This document shows, in pieces, positions 43,072-53,447 of a DNA stretch of 64,000 nucleotides. The notes below the pieces were generated by a model. It made no database searches. It was not told the DNA's origin and was given only the letters and a program-made list of their open reading frames with translations. The DNA lies in contig CAXXFL010000005.1 of the NCBI GenBank assembly GCA_963674965.2, forward strand, positions 128,001-192,000. The letters are read 5' to 3'. The position numbers and the translations under genes were made by a program. Source of the DNA: a bacterium (GTDB lineage: Bacteria > RBG-13-61-14 > DATKZS01). Each line of letters opens with the position of its first letter. Position 1 is the first letter of the stretch.

Positions 43072-43116
43072 ATTTACCCCACTTCACCATAAGGTCAATA
43101 TTATTGGAGGTAAGAG

Positions 43117-44286
43117 ATGAAAAGTATAAAGTGTTTTTTATTCTTTGTGGCGTTGGCCGCCCTGGCGGCTTCCTCGATCGGGTTCGCCCAGGAAGACGCC
43201 GGTCAAGATGACGGGAAGGCCCTGATTTACGTAGTAAACGCGGGCGTGCCTCAGACTGAGCTAAGTATTGACGGTCGGACGGCTTGCCGTCTTTACGGCA
43301 AAAATTACGCGATGGTGGAGATAAAGGCCGGTCAGCGCCAGGTGCAGGTTAAAAACCTTTCAACGCCTGACGTGGCTGCCGCGAGCCTGGAATTAGGCCC
43401 GGGCGAGACTAAGTACCTCCTGCTCTATTGGGATATTAAGGCCAAGAAGCTTATCCTGAAAGAGGTGGCAGAGGCCGAGGTAGAAAAGGCGCTGCGCAAA
43501 AACAAGCCTTCTGGCCAGTGCCTTGTAAATTTAGTGCCCTACCCGAAAATAGAAGACAGGGAAATGGCCGTCTTGGCAGCCGGCGAACCCCGGCCAAAAT
43601 ACTTGAGCGACGAATATATCAACATGTCCAGGTCCGTGGCGTCTGACGTGCTGAAGAACGCTCAGTCATCAATGGCGCGCGCCAGCGGTCCCGTGCCCAC
43701 TCAGAATTCCTCGCAACAGGCCGCCGCGCAGGGGGCCGCGGCGCTGGTGGTGGCTCTGGGCACGGTGGTGGCCGGAGAAATCGCCGACGACGCCAAGGAG
43801 AGGAAAGTCGAAAAAGCCATGAAAGAATCTCTCGAGACCTACGATTTTTCCAAGTCGATGGCGGAAAGGATGGACGATACGCTTTCCGCGAACAACCGGG
43901 TAAAACGCTTCTGCGTGGAAGGAGAGACCGGCGAAGAAGGAGGATGCATTCCCTTTTCGGGCGTCGAGGACTTTAAAAGCAATTACCCCGGCAAACTGAT
44001 CCTGGTCGTCCGGCCCGGAAGCCTTATGGTCCATAAAGGAAGCGGATACCTCGAGATGGAAGTGGGCGTTTACGACCTTGAAAAGCAGGACGCAATCTAC
44101 TTCGGGACCACCAGCGCGGCGACTAGCGGAGGCGGGACCCAGAGCTTCGACCAGGTTGCCGACGCCCTTATCGAGTCGGCCGCCGTCAACCTTTCGGCCT
44201 GCCTGGCCGGCGAGGATAATTGCGTGATGCAATTTCCCATCCAGCGTTCGAGCCTGGAGGAGATGATTGGCTCCAGCAAGGAATAG
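43117..44286 (+). CDS. Secreted protein with DUF2846-like N-terminal domain
   Basis: Signal peptide; KALIYV...IDG...L....Y..VEIKAG...LELGPGETKYL. Confidence 0.65.
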   Translation: MKSIKCFLFFVALAALAASSIGFAQEDAGQDDGKALIYVVNAGVPQTELSIDGRTACRLYGKNYAMVEIKAGQRQVQVKNLSTPDVAAASLELGPGETKYLLLYWDIKAKKLILKEVAEAEVEKALRKNKPSGQCLVNLVPYPKIEDREMAVLAAGEPRPKYLSDEYINMSRSVASDVLKNAQSSMARASGPVPTQNSSQQAAAQGAAALVVALGTVVAGEIADDAKERKVEKAMKESLETYDFSKSMAERMDDTLSANNRVKRFCVEGETGEEGGCIPFSGVEDFKSNYPGKLILVVRPGSLMVHKGSGYLEMEVGVYDLEKQDAIYFGTTSAATSGGGTQSFDQVADALIESAAVNLSACLAGEDNCVMQFPIQRSSLEEMIGSSKE

Positions 44287-44367
44287 CCTTACGGCAATGG
44301 CGCGTTAGCGAAATTACTTTTAGCGTCTTTATTAAACGAAAAACACGATCTAGAGGAGGAAGACTTC

Positions 44368-44691
44368 ATGAAAATTGGAAGTATTTATGGAAAGGCGCTG
44401 GCGGCGTTATGGGCGTTCGGCTTGGCCTTTTGCGTCGGGTTCGGTTGTTCCGATGATGACGGTGGTGGCTCGGGCGGGTCCAATTGGATGCAGGTCGAGT
44501 GCGCCGACGGAGCCGATAAGATGCGGCTCCTATGCGAGGAGGATGGCATTACCGAGGCGGCCATACATAATTTCAAATTGAACTGCTACGCCTATTACCT
44601 TGAAGACCCCGTTGCGACGGCTGACGTTCTGGGATGCATCGAGAACGCCGCCAGTTGCGACTACGCCCTCGACGTTTGCCTGGCTGATTGA
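44368..44691 (+). CDS. Small Cys-rich lipoprotein
   Basis: GFGC lipobox, DDDGGG linker, six further Cys. Confidence 0.7.
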   Translation: MKIGSIYGKALAALWAFGLAFCVGFGCSDDDGGGSGGSNWMQVECADGADKMRLLCEEDGITEAAIHNFKLNCYAYYLEDPVATADVLGCIENAASCDYALDVCLAD

Positions 44692-44830
44692 TGCAGCGGG
44701 AAAAAAGACAGCTAAAGCCGGACCGCGAGGCCCGGCGCGTGGGCGTTGGCCAGCCGTTGGGCAATGGAAGGGGCGGTAATTTCAATCGCTCGTGACGATC
44801 TTTACTGGATGATGAAGGGAGAAAAACCGA

Positions 44831-45568
44831 ATGACCAAGGAAATAACAAGGTTCGTTGCCGCCGCGGTGATTGGTACCATCGCGTTGGTCTTTTTGTCTT
44901 TAGGCTGCAGTGGTGGAGGCGGCGACGATCCCCCGGCGGACGTCGAGAAGGAATATTATATGACGGGCTTCACCTATTACAGGTGGGACGGCTTGAACTA
45001 TTCGAGCTTTGAGATTTACATGACATACGATGATGACGATCGAGTTTATTACATCACCACGCCTAAGGCCGTATCCACCGTGACTTTCGATGAGGACGGG
45101 AAAGAATTGACTTTCGAGACGAGCGCTCCGGCGACTTACGCCTTCATTTACGACGGGAGCGGCAAATGCGTAGGATGGAACAAAACCGGCGGTCTCTCCG
45201 CCGCGTGGACTTACGATGGATCAGGAAAACTTGTCAGAGTCGACCTGAACGACGGAAGATATTTCACCTATTCTTATGACGCCTCGGGTGAGGTCGAGTC
45301 GATAGACTTTTATCCGGAGGCGAACTGGGACATCGACTGGAAAGATTTCACCAATTCCTCCGGCCTTCCCGTCAGGCTCGACAGGGAAGATGGGTGGTGG
45401 GCGACGGCCCAATACGACTCGAACGGCAATTTGGACAGGATTGACGATTCGTCCGGCGACTACTACGTATTCCATCACCAGAAGATGGCCAAGAAAAATT
45501 GGTACACCGACCGCCCGCCCTACAGGTGGCTCCTGGATTCGGAACTGGTCGATGAGGTGTATCATTGA
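44831..45568 (+). CDS. Lipoprotein with YD/RHS-like repeats
   Basis: SLGC lipobox; TYDDDDR, YDGSGK, TYDGSGKL, SYDASGE, YDSNGNL. Confidence 0.75.
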   Translation: MTKEITRFVAAAVIGTIALVFLSLGCSGGGGDDPPADVEKEYYMTGFTYYRWDGLNYSSFEIYMTYDDDDRVYYITTPKAVSTVTFDEDGKELTFETSAPATYAFIYDGSGKCVGWNKTGGLSAAWTYDGSGKLVRVDLNDGRYFTYSYDASGEVESIDFYPEANWDIDWKDFTNSSGLPVRLDREDGWWATAQYDSNGNLDRIDDSSGDYYVFHHQKMAKKNWYTDRPPYRWLLDSELVDEVYH

Positions 45569-45687
45569 CCGATGAGCCAAGGAAAGGCATTTATTGAACG
45601 GAACGGCGCTCTTCATAAGCCATTGACGCGTTAATCGTTGAAAGGGGATGCTTTAATATCACGGGCCAATACTGCCACGGATAGGAG

Positions 45688-46947
45688 TTAGCCTTTGAAA
45701 GAAGACATGGCCTGGCGGTAAAGATCGAGGGTCCTCGCGGCGGCGGCGTCCCAGGTGAAGACCGAGCGGGCCCTCTCGAGGCCGGCCTTGGACGTCCGGG
45801 CGCGGAGGGAGGCGTCGGCGTCCAGCTTGAGGACGGCGCGTTGGATCGCTGACGCGCTCCGGGGGGGGACCATCTCGGCCGCGGCGCCGCACACCTCGGG
45901 CAGTGCCCCCGCCTGGGTCGAGATGAGCGGGGAGCCGCAGGCCATGGCCTCGAGGGCGGGCAGGCCGAAGCCCTCGAAGAGGGACGGCACGATCGTCATC
46001 TCGGCCCGGCCGTATTCCAGGCGAAGCTCATCATTCGTTATCTTGTCCTTGAATATAACGCGCCCCGTGAGGCCGAGCCGGCTCACCAGGTTAGCGGCGT
46101 AAACGCGGCCCGGATAGCGGCGGCCGTCCACCACGGTCAGCCAAAACCGATCGGGCGGCAGGCCGGCCAGGGCGCGGAGAAGATAGGCGATCCCCTTCTT
46201 GCGGTCCTCCGTGCTGCCCACGAAAAGAAGGGCGCCGCGCTCCCGCTCCAGGCCGGGCGTGGGCCGGAAAAAATCCGAGTCCACCCCGTTGTAAACGACC
46301 TCCATTTGGGTCTTGTCCAGGCCATAGGCCCGGGCGATGAGGTCGCGGGAAAAGGCGCTTACCGTTACGATCCGGTCGAGACTTTTGGCCACCAGGCCCT
46401 GCATGACGGGAGGGTAATAAACGGTCCTTTTAAACTTGGCCGCCAACCCCTCGGTTTGAAGCACGTCCTCGGCCCGGTCCACCTGAAGGGGATGGTGGAT
46501 GGTCGCCAGCACCGGAACGCCAAGAAGCCGGATCAGGGGAAGGCCGTATCCCAGCCCCTGGTTGTCGTGGACCACGTCGATGGGATCGGCAAGGTGGAGG
46601 CGCCTCAGCAGCCCGAAGCACCGGAGGCTGAAGGCCATCATCTCGGGGTTCGAGCCGGCGCGGGCCAGCGTGTACTCGGCCAGGTTGAGAGGCGAGAACA
46701 CGGAAAGGGGGGAATCGACCGGAAGACTCGAGGCCCCCTTGTTGATGAAGTTGTGGTTGGGCACGCGGACGTTCCTGGCGCCTTCCACCTCGTCGTGCCA
46801 TGGCGGTCCCGAGACCACCGTGACCCTTGCCCCCGCCTTAATGAGCGCCCTGGCCAGGTTGACGAGATAGACTCCCTGTCCCCCGCAGAACATGTTGCCC
46901 CGGTAGCTGAGGAGGGCCACGTGGAGTCCTGGTCCGTTTCCGCCCAT
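45688..46947 (-). CDS. Glycosyltransferase family 4
   Basis: SYRG..CGGQGVY, HDNQ.LG, NGVD, PSLFEGFGLPALEAMACG. Confidence 0.92.
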   Translation of the reverse strand: MGGNGPGLHVALLSYRGNMFCGGQGVYLVNLARALIKAGARVTVVSGPPWHDEVEGARNVRVPNHNFINKGASSLPVDSPLSVFSPLNLAEYTLARAGSNPEMMAFSLRCFGLLRRLHLADPIDVVHDNQGLGYGLPLIRLLGVPVLATIHHPLQVDRAEDVLQTEGLAAKFKRTVYYPPVMQGLVAKSLDRIVTVSAFSRDLIARAYGLDKTQMEVVYNGVDSDFFRPTPGLERERGALLFVGSTEDRKKGIAYLLRALAGLPPDRFWLTVVDGRRYPGRVYAANLVSRLGLTGRVIFKDKITNDELRLEYGRAEMTIVPSLFEGFGLPALEAMACGSPLISTQAGALPEVCGAAAEMVPPRSASAIQRAVLKLDADASLRARTSKAGLERARSVFTWDAAAARTLDLYRQAMSSFKG

Positions 46948-47069
46948 CTTTTCAACATATCATGGAACGGTCCCATCTTTTAGCGCGAGGCGCGTATCGA
47001 GAGTATATTTGTTTTTTCCAGCTTAAAAGTTCGCGCAAGTGATGCTACAATCCGGGCAAGGAGGGAGTC

Positions 47070-47723
47070 ATGCCGTCACGTTTTCCGGTCATGCTCGATA
47101 TAGCCGACAAGCTATGCGTGGTTATTGGGGGGGGCAAGGTCGCGGCCCGCAAAGTTCGAGACCTTTGCCGTATCGGGGCCATGGTCAGGGTGATAAGCCC
47201 CGAGGTCGCCCCGCCGATAGGCGAGCTTTTCGAGAAGGACCTGGTCGGCTGGGAGCCGAGGTCCTACAAGCAGGGGGACCTGGCCGGGGCCTTCTTGTGC
47301 GTGGCGGCCACGGGCGACCGGGAGGTCAACGCCGAGGTCCAGCACGAGGCCGCGGTGAGGCGGGTGCTGATTAACGTGGTTGACGACCCCGAGGCCTCGG
47401 ACTATCACGTTCCCAGCTTTTTCGAGGACGGTCCCCTCCTGGTGGCCGTCAGCACCCGGGGCGCAAGCCCGGCCGTCTCGAGGACGTTGAGGAGGATGAT
47501 CCAGGCCTGGGTCGGCGGCAACCTGGGCCCGGCCCTCGAGATCGTGAACCGCTTCCGGGAGGATGTGGTCAAGGAAAAGGTGCGCGACCCGGGCGACCGG
47601 GTGAGGTTCTGGGAAGAGGCCGTGAACGCGGACTTGCTCGAGGAAGTAAGGACCAAGGGGACCGCCGGATTGGAGCAAGGTCTCGAGAGGGCCCTGGATA
47701 AATTCCTGGCCGGAAACGAATAG
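47070..47723 (+). CDS. Precorrin-2 dehydrogenase / sirohydrochlorin ferrochelatase (SirC/Met8-like)
   Basis: VIGGGKVAARK, AATGD..VN, NVVDDP, AVST.GASP. Confidence 0.9.
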   Translation: MPSRFPVMLDIADKLCVVIGGGKVAARKVRDLCRIGAMVRVISPEVAPPIGELFEKDLVGWEPRSYKQGDLAGAFLCVAATGDREVNAEVQHEAAVRRVLINVVDDPEASDYHVPSFFEDGPLLVAVSTRGASPAVSRTLRRMIQAWVGGNLGPALEIVNRFREDVVKEKVRDPGDRVRFWEEAVNADLLEEVRTKGTAGLEQGLERALDKFLAGNE

Positions 47724-47880
47724 GATTTGTACCCACCGCTACCCGGCGGCCAGGATGGCCTCGACCCCGTTTGGGCCGCCGGGCTTTACACGCGGGGGGG
47801 CATGGGTTATTATTTAATGTATGAAAAGGGGGCCGGACCAAGGCCCCTTTTGGTATAGTGGACAAGGAGGTTTGGGTACC

Positions 47881-48363
47881 GTGAGCAGTGACAGGGAACC
47901 CATGACGCCGGCGGGACACGCGGCGTTAAAGGAAAAACTAAAGGATTACAAAGAAGTGCAGATGCCGAAGATTTCCAAGGAAATCGGCGCGGCCCGCGAG
48001 CTTGGCGACCTTTCGGAGAACGCCGAGTACCACGCGGCCAAGGAAAAGCAAGGCATCCTGGCGGCCCACATCCGGGACATGGAGGACAAGCTCTCGAGGG
48101 CCGAGATAATAGACCCGGCCAGACTCTCGGGCAGCAAGGTCATATTCGGGGCCATGGTGACCCTGGAGGACGACGACACCGGCGAGGAGCAGACCTTCCA
48201 GATCGTGGGCCAGGACGAAGCCAACTCGAAGGAAAACAAGATATCTTATACGGCGCCCCTGGCCCGGTCCATCATCGGCAAGGAGGAGGACGACGAGGTG
48301 GTCGTGCAGACGCCGCGGGGCAAGAAAAACTACGTGATCGTCAAGGTGGAATACAAGGCTTGA
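47881..48363 (+). CDS. greA: Transcription elongation factor GreA
   Basis: AR.LGDLSENAEYHAAKE.Q, ISY.APLAR..IGK. Confidence 0.96.
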   Translation: MSSDREPMTPAGHAALKEKLKDYKEVQMPKISKEIGAARELGDLSENAEYHAAKEKQGILAAHIRDMEDKLSRAEIIDPARLSGSKVIFGAMVTLEDDDTGEEQTFQIVGQDEANSKENKISYTAPLARSIIGKEEDDEVVVQTPRGKKNYVIVKVEYKA

Positions 48364-48405
48364 TTTCAGGGCCCTTTTCACCCGGTCGCGCCAAGAGGTT
48401 TTATA

Positions 48406-48609
48406 GTGTCCAAGATAAAATCGGGCTCCAAGATAAAGGACGTCATATCGGAGCATCCCGAGGTCAAGGACGTCCTTAAAAGGCACGGCATGATGTGCGT
48501 CAACTGCAAGGGCTTCTCGGCCGAGACCCTGCGCAACGCCGCCAACAACCACGGCGTACCCCTCGCCCGGCTCATCGATGAAATCGAGGGGGCCATAACC
48601 AAGGGCTGA
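48406..48609 (+). CDS. DUF1858 domain protein
   Basis: I.DVI..HPE..DVL..HGM.C..C...ETL..AA..HG. Confidence 0.85.
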   Translation: MSKIKSGSKIKDVISEHPEVKDVLKRHGMMCVNCKGFSAETLRNAANNHGVPLARLIDEIEGAITKG

Positions 48610-51038
48610 TGGCCCCGCCGCCCAAGCCCGATCTTTTTGCAAGGCTCCGGAAGCCTCTCGAGTACGCCGGGGGCCTCAGCCCCGAACGACTCTCAAGAAT
48701 CCCCGACCTGGGCGCCAACCTTATTTCCATCCTCGGCTCCGCCTCGATCGAGCACCGCCGATTCGACGACTTCAAAAAACTGTGCGTGGGCCTGGACGGG
48801 CTTTCCGGCCGGGACAGGGCTTCCCGCGTCGCCGACCTGGTCCGGCTTCTGGACCTGATGGAAAAAGGACCGCAAAAAAGCGCGGAGAGTGAAAGCGCCG
48901 GCCGCGGTCTTGACGAAAAGTCGCTTGCCGACTCGTGGAAGCGGATGGCCTCGGGCGCGCAGTACGTAAAGGGCGTGGGTCCACGCCTGGCCGAGAAGTT
49001 GTCGCGTCTCGGGATCGTCACGGTTGAAGACCTGCTTTTTCATCTGCCCTCACGGTACGAGGACAGAAGGGACGTCACCGAAATAAGGGGCCTCGAGCCG
49101 GGTGAAAAGGCCGCGGTGATAGCCGAGATCATGGCGCTGGGGGCCTCCGAGCGGCGAGGGGTCGGCCGCATGTTCCACATGGCCCTGGCCGACGGGACCG
49201 GGGTCATGACCCTGGCCTGGTTCAGGTACTCGGGAGACTGGCTCGAGACCAGGTTCAAAAAGGGAGACCGCGTCATCGCCTCGGGCAAGGTGACCTCCTT
49301 TCGGGGCGAGCTGGCGATGAACCATCCCGAGGTCGAGCGGCTGGATGAGGACGATGATTTTTCCTCCTCCCCCGGCGTTCTGCCCGTGTACCCGCTTACC
49401 GAGGGGGTCCATCAAAAGACCATGAGGAAAATAGTGGCCAACGCCCTGGAGGCCCACGGGGAGGGCTTTCCCGAGACCCTTCCACCCGCCTTGATCCAAA
49501 AGCGCGGGCTGCCGGATATCGGTTCCGCCCTCCGTCTCGTCCACGCCCCGCCGGAGGACGCCGATATCGACGATTATAACCGGAGCCGGTCCGCGGCCCA
49601 CGAGCGGCTGGCCTACGAGGAATTGTTTTATCTTCAACTCGGACTGGCCCTGCGCAGGCGGGACGCCGTGGAGGAGCCCGCCCGACCCGTCCGGCCCGAC
49701 AATGACCTGGCGGCGCGTTTCCGGGCGTCCCTTCCCTTTGCTCTGACTGAGGACCAGGAGAGGACCGGCTCGGAAATCCTGGGCGACATGGCCAAAAGGG
49801 GGGCCATGCATCGCCTGCTCCAGGGCGACGTGGGATCGGGCAAGACGGTGGTGGCCATGCTGGCGGCGGCGGCGGCGGTCGGCTCGGGGGGCCAGGCGGC
49901 GGTCATGGCGCCCACGGAGATACTGGCGGAGCAGCTTTTCCGCGTGGCTCGCGAGACCCTCGAGGGTCTCGGCGTGAGGGTCGAGCTTCTTACCGGGTCG
50001 GTCAAGGGCCGGAAAAGGGAGGAGGTTTACGACGATATCGCCTCCGGCCTTGTCCAGGTGGTGGTGGGCACCCACGCCGTGATCCAGGAGAAGGTTAAGT
50101 TCAAGGCGCTGACGCTGGGCATAGTTGACGAGCAGCACCGGTTCGGGGTTGTCCAGCGCGCCAGGCTCAAGGACAAGGGCGAGGACGGAATCACTCCCCA
50201 TCTGTTGGTCATGACCGCCACGCCCATTCCCAGGACCCTGGCCATGACCGTCTACGGCGACCTGGCCGTCTCCGTCATCAGGAAGCCGCCGCCCGGCCGA
50301 AAGCCCATCGAGACCTCGGTGGTAAGGGAAAACGACCGGGCCCGCGTATACGACGAGGTGCGCCGGGAGGTCAAAAAAGGCGGCCAGGCCTACGTGGTGT
50401 ATCCTCTAGTGGAGGAATCGGAGAAGCTCGAGCTACGGGACGCGGAGTCCATGGCCGAGTTTTTCACCGAGACCTTTCCCGACCTCAAGGTCGGACTCAT
50501 ACACGGCAAGATGAAGCCCGAGGAAAAAGACGAGGCCATGCGGGGCTTCAAGTCCCGCCGGCTCGACGTGCTGGTGGCGACCACGGTGATCGAGGTGGGA
50601 ATTGACGCGCCCAACGCCTCGCTGATGGTGATCGAGCACGCCGAGCGGTTCGGACTTTCCCAGCTTCACCAGCTTCGAGGCCGGGTGGGCAGGGGCCAAA
50701 GGCGTTCCCGCTGTTTTTTAATCGCGGGCTGGACCAGGTCGGATGATTCCTGGAGGCGGCTCAAGGTTATGGAGAAAACCGCGGACGGCTTCAGGATCGC
50801 CGAGGAGGACCTGGCTTTTCGCGGTCCGGGCGAGTTTTTCGGCTCTCGTCAGTCGGGCTTGCCTGATTTTCGCGTGGCTAATATCATAAGGGACGCGGAG
50901 GTGCTCTCCCGCGCCAGGGAAGACGCCTTTTTGCTGGCCCGCGATGACCCGGGCCTTTCCCAGCCGGAGCATCGTTTCATGAGGGCGGTGCTGAAGAAGA
51001 AATGGGGAAGAAGACTCAGGCTGGGACGGGTCGGATGA
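48609..51038 (+). CDS. recG: ATP-dependent DNA helicase RecG
   Basis: KGVGP, LLQGDVGSGKT, DEQHRFG, MTATPIPR, QLHQLRGRVGRG, DL..RGPGE. Confidence 0.97.
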   Translation: MAPPPKPDLFARLRKPLEYAGGLSPERLSRIPDLGANLISILGSASIEHRRFDDFKKLCVGLDGLSGRDRASRVADLVRLLDLMEKGPQKSAESESAGRGLDEKSLADSWKRMASGAQYVKGVGPRLAEKLSRLGIVTVEDLLFHLPSRYEDRRDVTEIRGLEPGEKAAVIAEIMALGASERRGVGRMFHMALADGTGVMTLAWFRYSGDWLETRFKKGDRVIASGKVTSFRGELAMNHPEVERLDEDDDFSSSPGVLPVYPLTEGVHQKTMRKIVANALEAHGEGFPETLPPALIQKRGLPDIGSALRLVHAPPEDADIDDYNRSRSAAHERLAYEELFYLQLGLALRRRDAVEEPARPVRPDNDLAARFRASLPFALTEDQERTGSEILGDMAKRGAMHRLLQGDVGSGKTVVAMLAAAAAVGSGGQAAVMAPTEILAEQLFRVARETLEGLGVRVELLTGSVKGRKREEVYDDIASGLVQVVVGTHAVIQEKVKFKALTLGIVDEQHRFGVVQRARLKDKGEDGITPHLLVMTATPIPRTLAMTVYGDLAVSVIRKPPPGRKPIETSVVRENDRARVYDEVRREVKKGGQAYVVYPLVEESEKLELRDAESMAEFFTETFPDLKVGLIHGKMKPEEKDEAMRGFKSRRLDVLVATTVIEVGIDAPNASLMVIEHAERFGLSQLHQLRGRVGRGQRRSRCFLIAGWTRSDDSWRRLKVMEKTADGFRIAEEDLAFRGPGEFFGSRQSGLPDFRVANIIRDAEVLSRAREDAFLLARDDPGLSQPEHRFMRAVLKKKWGRRLRLGRVG

Positions 51039-51107
51039 GGGGAACGTTCGAGAGGCCGGCGCCATCGGAAAATAGTCCGGTTTTACGGCTTTGATGAGGA
51101 ATTAAAG

Positions 51108-51734
51108 ATGGATAAAGGATGCGGATGTCTGGGGTTCGCCCTGGCGGTGACGGTCGGCGTCTTCCTGGGCCTGGCCGGCCTGGGAATAGCGGGCTACGTC
51201 TGGCTGAACACCAGGGTCCTTTCGGACCAGCCGGCCAAGATAGACCGGCCCAAGTGGACCAAGATCGACGAGGGATTGTTCGCGGTCAAGCTGGCGCCCG
51301 TTTACCTGGCCATCAAGCAGGAAAAGGAAAGCCTTCACACCGTCAATATCAAGCCCAAGGAGGCCAACCGTTTATGGGACGAGTGCGTGGCGCCCTACCT
51401 CGAGGAGTCCGTGGCCGACGTGAGCTTCGGGGACACGGCGGCGGTTATAGCCTTTTCCCAGCGGGCCACTCAGGACAAGTATTTGAACGGAGAGATCAGA
51501 CTTAACGTAAGCGGTGAAAACGGAGAGTTCGAGGTCAAAATCTATTCCCTCAAGACCGGCGACTGGGTATGGCCCCGGTCCTTTCTTCCCTGGGCGGCTT
51601 ACTACCTCCGCTCCCGCGTCGAGCGCCAGCCGGACTGCGCCAACCGACCCGCCCGTCTCCTGGGCCTGTATCACGATAAAAAAGGCCTGAAGGCCACGAT
51701 CAAGGTGATGGAGAAAAGCGAGGGCGGCCGGTAG
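51108..51734 (+). CDS. Hypothetical single-pass membrane protein
   Basis: GCGC followed by an N-terminal TM helix; GAGG RBS. Confidence 0.7.
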   Translation: MDKGCGCLGFALAVTVGVFLGLAGLGIAGYVWLNTRVLSDQPAKIDRPKWTKIDEGLFAVKLAPVYLAIKQEKESLHTVNIKPKEANRLWDECVAPYLEESVADVSFGDTAAVIAFSQRATQDKYLNGEIRLNVSGENGEFEVKIYSLKTGDWVWPRSFLPWAAYYLRSRVERQPDCANRPARLLGLYHDKKGLKATIKVMEKSEGGR

Positions 51735-51806
51735 AAATTTTTTCCGCAACTCAGCCGAGACCCCCGTTTTTTAACGCAAGCCGGCCATGATATTATTTAA
51801 GAATCG

Positions 51807-52508
51807 ATGAACGGCAAAGACGAGGAATACTCGGGCCTGGCAAGATATATCGAGGCCGAGCACGGGGACCTGGAGGGATGGCTGCGGGACGTTATGGTCT
51901 GGCTTCCATCCTGTATACCCGGCCTTGCCGGCGTGGCGATCAGGTCCGTTTGGGACCGCCCGTGGATTCGGGGAAATGGAAGGTTCGCCCTCGAGGCCGG
52001 AGTCAGGATACTGGGCGCAAAGTACATACGGATCGACGGCGGGGTATACATAGACGCGGGGGCTTATCTGCACGGACGCGAGGGGGGGCTTTCCATTGGA
52101 AAAGGATCGCGTCTCATGCGGGGCGCGGTGGTGCACGTTTACAATTTCCGAAAGCTCGAGTCGGCGGGAGTTAATATAGGACAAGACTGCGTGATAGGAA
52201 TAAACTGCGTGATCACCGGACAGGGCGGAGTCGAGATCGAGGACAAGGTGATTATGGCCCCCGGCTCGATGGTCCTTCCCGTGGACCACGCGTACTCGGA
52301 CCGCGAGGTCCCCATCAAGGACCAGGGGATCGTGGGAAAAGGTATCCGCGTTAAAAGCGGGGCCTGGATAGGCGCGGGCGCCATCGTGCTGGACGGAGTG
52401 ACGGTGGGAAGAAACGCCGTGGTCGGCGCCGGGGCCGTCGTTACCGAGGACGTGGCGGACGGGGCCGTTGTAACCGGCGTGCCCGCCAGGGAAATAAAGC
52501 GCATATAA
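51807..52508 (+). CDS. Hexapeptide-repeat acyltransferase
   Basis: IG.DC.IG, DH...PIKDQG, WIGAGAIVLDGVTVG, GVPAR. Confidence 0.9.
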   Translation: MNGKDEEYSGLARYIEAEHGDLEGWLRDVMVWLPSCIPGLAGVAIRSVWDRPWIRGNGRFALEAGVRILGAKYIRIDGGVYIDAGAYLHGREGGLSIGKGSRLMRGAVVHVYNFRKLESAGVNIGQDCVIGINCVITGQGGVEIEDKVIMAPGSMVLPVDHAYSDREVPIKDQGIVGKGIRVKSGAWIGAGAIVLDGVTVGRNAVVGAGAVVTEDVADGAVVTGVPAREIKRI

Positions 52509-52521
52509 TCGAGGATTAAAA

Positions 52522-53424
52522 GTGATCGACCTTATCGAAGCGGTCCTTCAGACCATGCGGCCCAAGCAGTGGATTAAGAACCTCATTATCTTCGCGCCTT
52601 TGGCCTTTGCCCAGAAGCTCCTCGATTTTGACATGGCTATCCGCTCGATAGGCGCCTTTATCGTTTTTTGTCTGGCCAGCTCGAGCGTATATCTGGTGAA
52701 CGATATCCTGGATAAAGAGGCCGACAGCCACCATCCCGAAAAGAAAAACCGGCCCATTGCCTCGGGCCGACTGTCGGTAACGGCCGCGGCCGTCGCCGCC
52801 GCCGCCGTGCTCGCCGCGTCCCTGGCCGGGGCGCTGGCCATCGACCTGAAAATTTTGATCATCGTCGCCGCCTACATGGCGCTTAACGCGGCTTATTCGG
52901 CCTTTCTGAAGAAGATAGTTATCGTGGACGCTTTTTGCATAGCCTTTGGTTTTATCTTAAGGATGCTGGCCGGCGCCGAGGCCCTGCGCTCGATCGATCC
53001 CAATATAGTCGTTTCTACCTGGATAGTGCTTTGTACTCTCCTCGGCTCTCTTTTCCTGGCTTTTTGCAAGCGGCGCCACGAGCTGGGACTCGAGGAGGCC
53101 GCCGCCAGCCACCGGGCCTCACTGGAAGAGTACGGAATAAGGTTCCTGGACCAGATGATCGCCATCTCGACGGCCTGCACGGTCATGGCCTACGCTCTCT
53201 GGACCATGTGGCAGGAAACCATCGACAAATTCGGACACGGCCTGTTCTGGACCATTCCCTTCGTCTGCTACGGCATCTTCAGATACCTCTATCTTGTCCA
53301 TCAAAAAGACCTGGGCGGGTCCCCATCCAAGATATTCCTCTCCGACGTGCCCCTTATCGTCAACATCCTGCTCTGGATCGGATCGGTGATGGGAATACTC
53401 TATTATAAAAGCCTGGCGGGATAG
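52522..53424 (+). CDS. UbiA-family polyprenyl-phosphate phosphoribosyltransferase (DPPR synthase-like)
   Basis: RPKQWIKN, YLVNDILD..AD..HP.K..RPIASG, YS..LK, KRRHEL, YGIFRY. Confidence 0.9.
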   Translation: MIDLIEAVLQTMRPKQWIKNLIIFAPLAFAQKLLDFDMAIRSIGAFIVFCLASSSVYLVNDILDKEADSHHPEKKNRPIASGRLSVTAAAVAAAAVLAASLAGALAIDLKILIIVAAYMALNAAYSAFLKKIVIVDAFCIAFGFILRMLAGAEALRSIDPNIVVSTWIVLCTLLGSLFLAFCKRRHELGLEEAAASHRASLEEYGIRFLDQMIAISTACTVMAYALWTMWQETIDKFGHGLFWTIPFVCYGIFRYLYLVHQKDLGGSPSKIFLSDVPLIVNILLWIGSVMGILYYKSLAG

Positions 53425-53447
53425 AAGAACAAATACTTAAACTTGGG

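Noticed and set aside
40190-45568. Island as prophage or integron cassette array
   Set aside because: No integrase, phage structural genes or recognisable repeated attC sites
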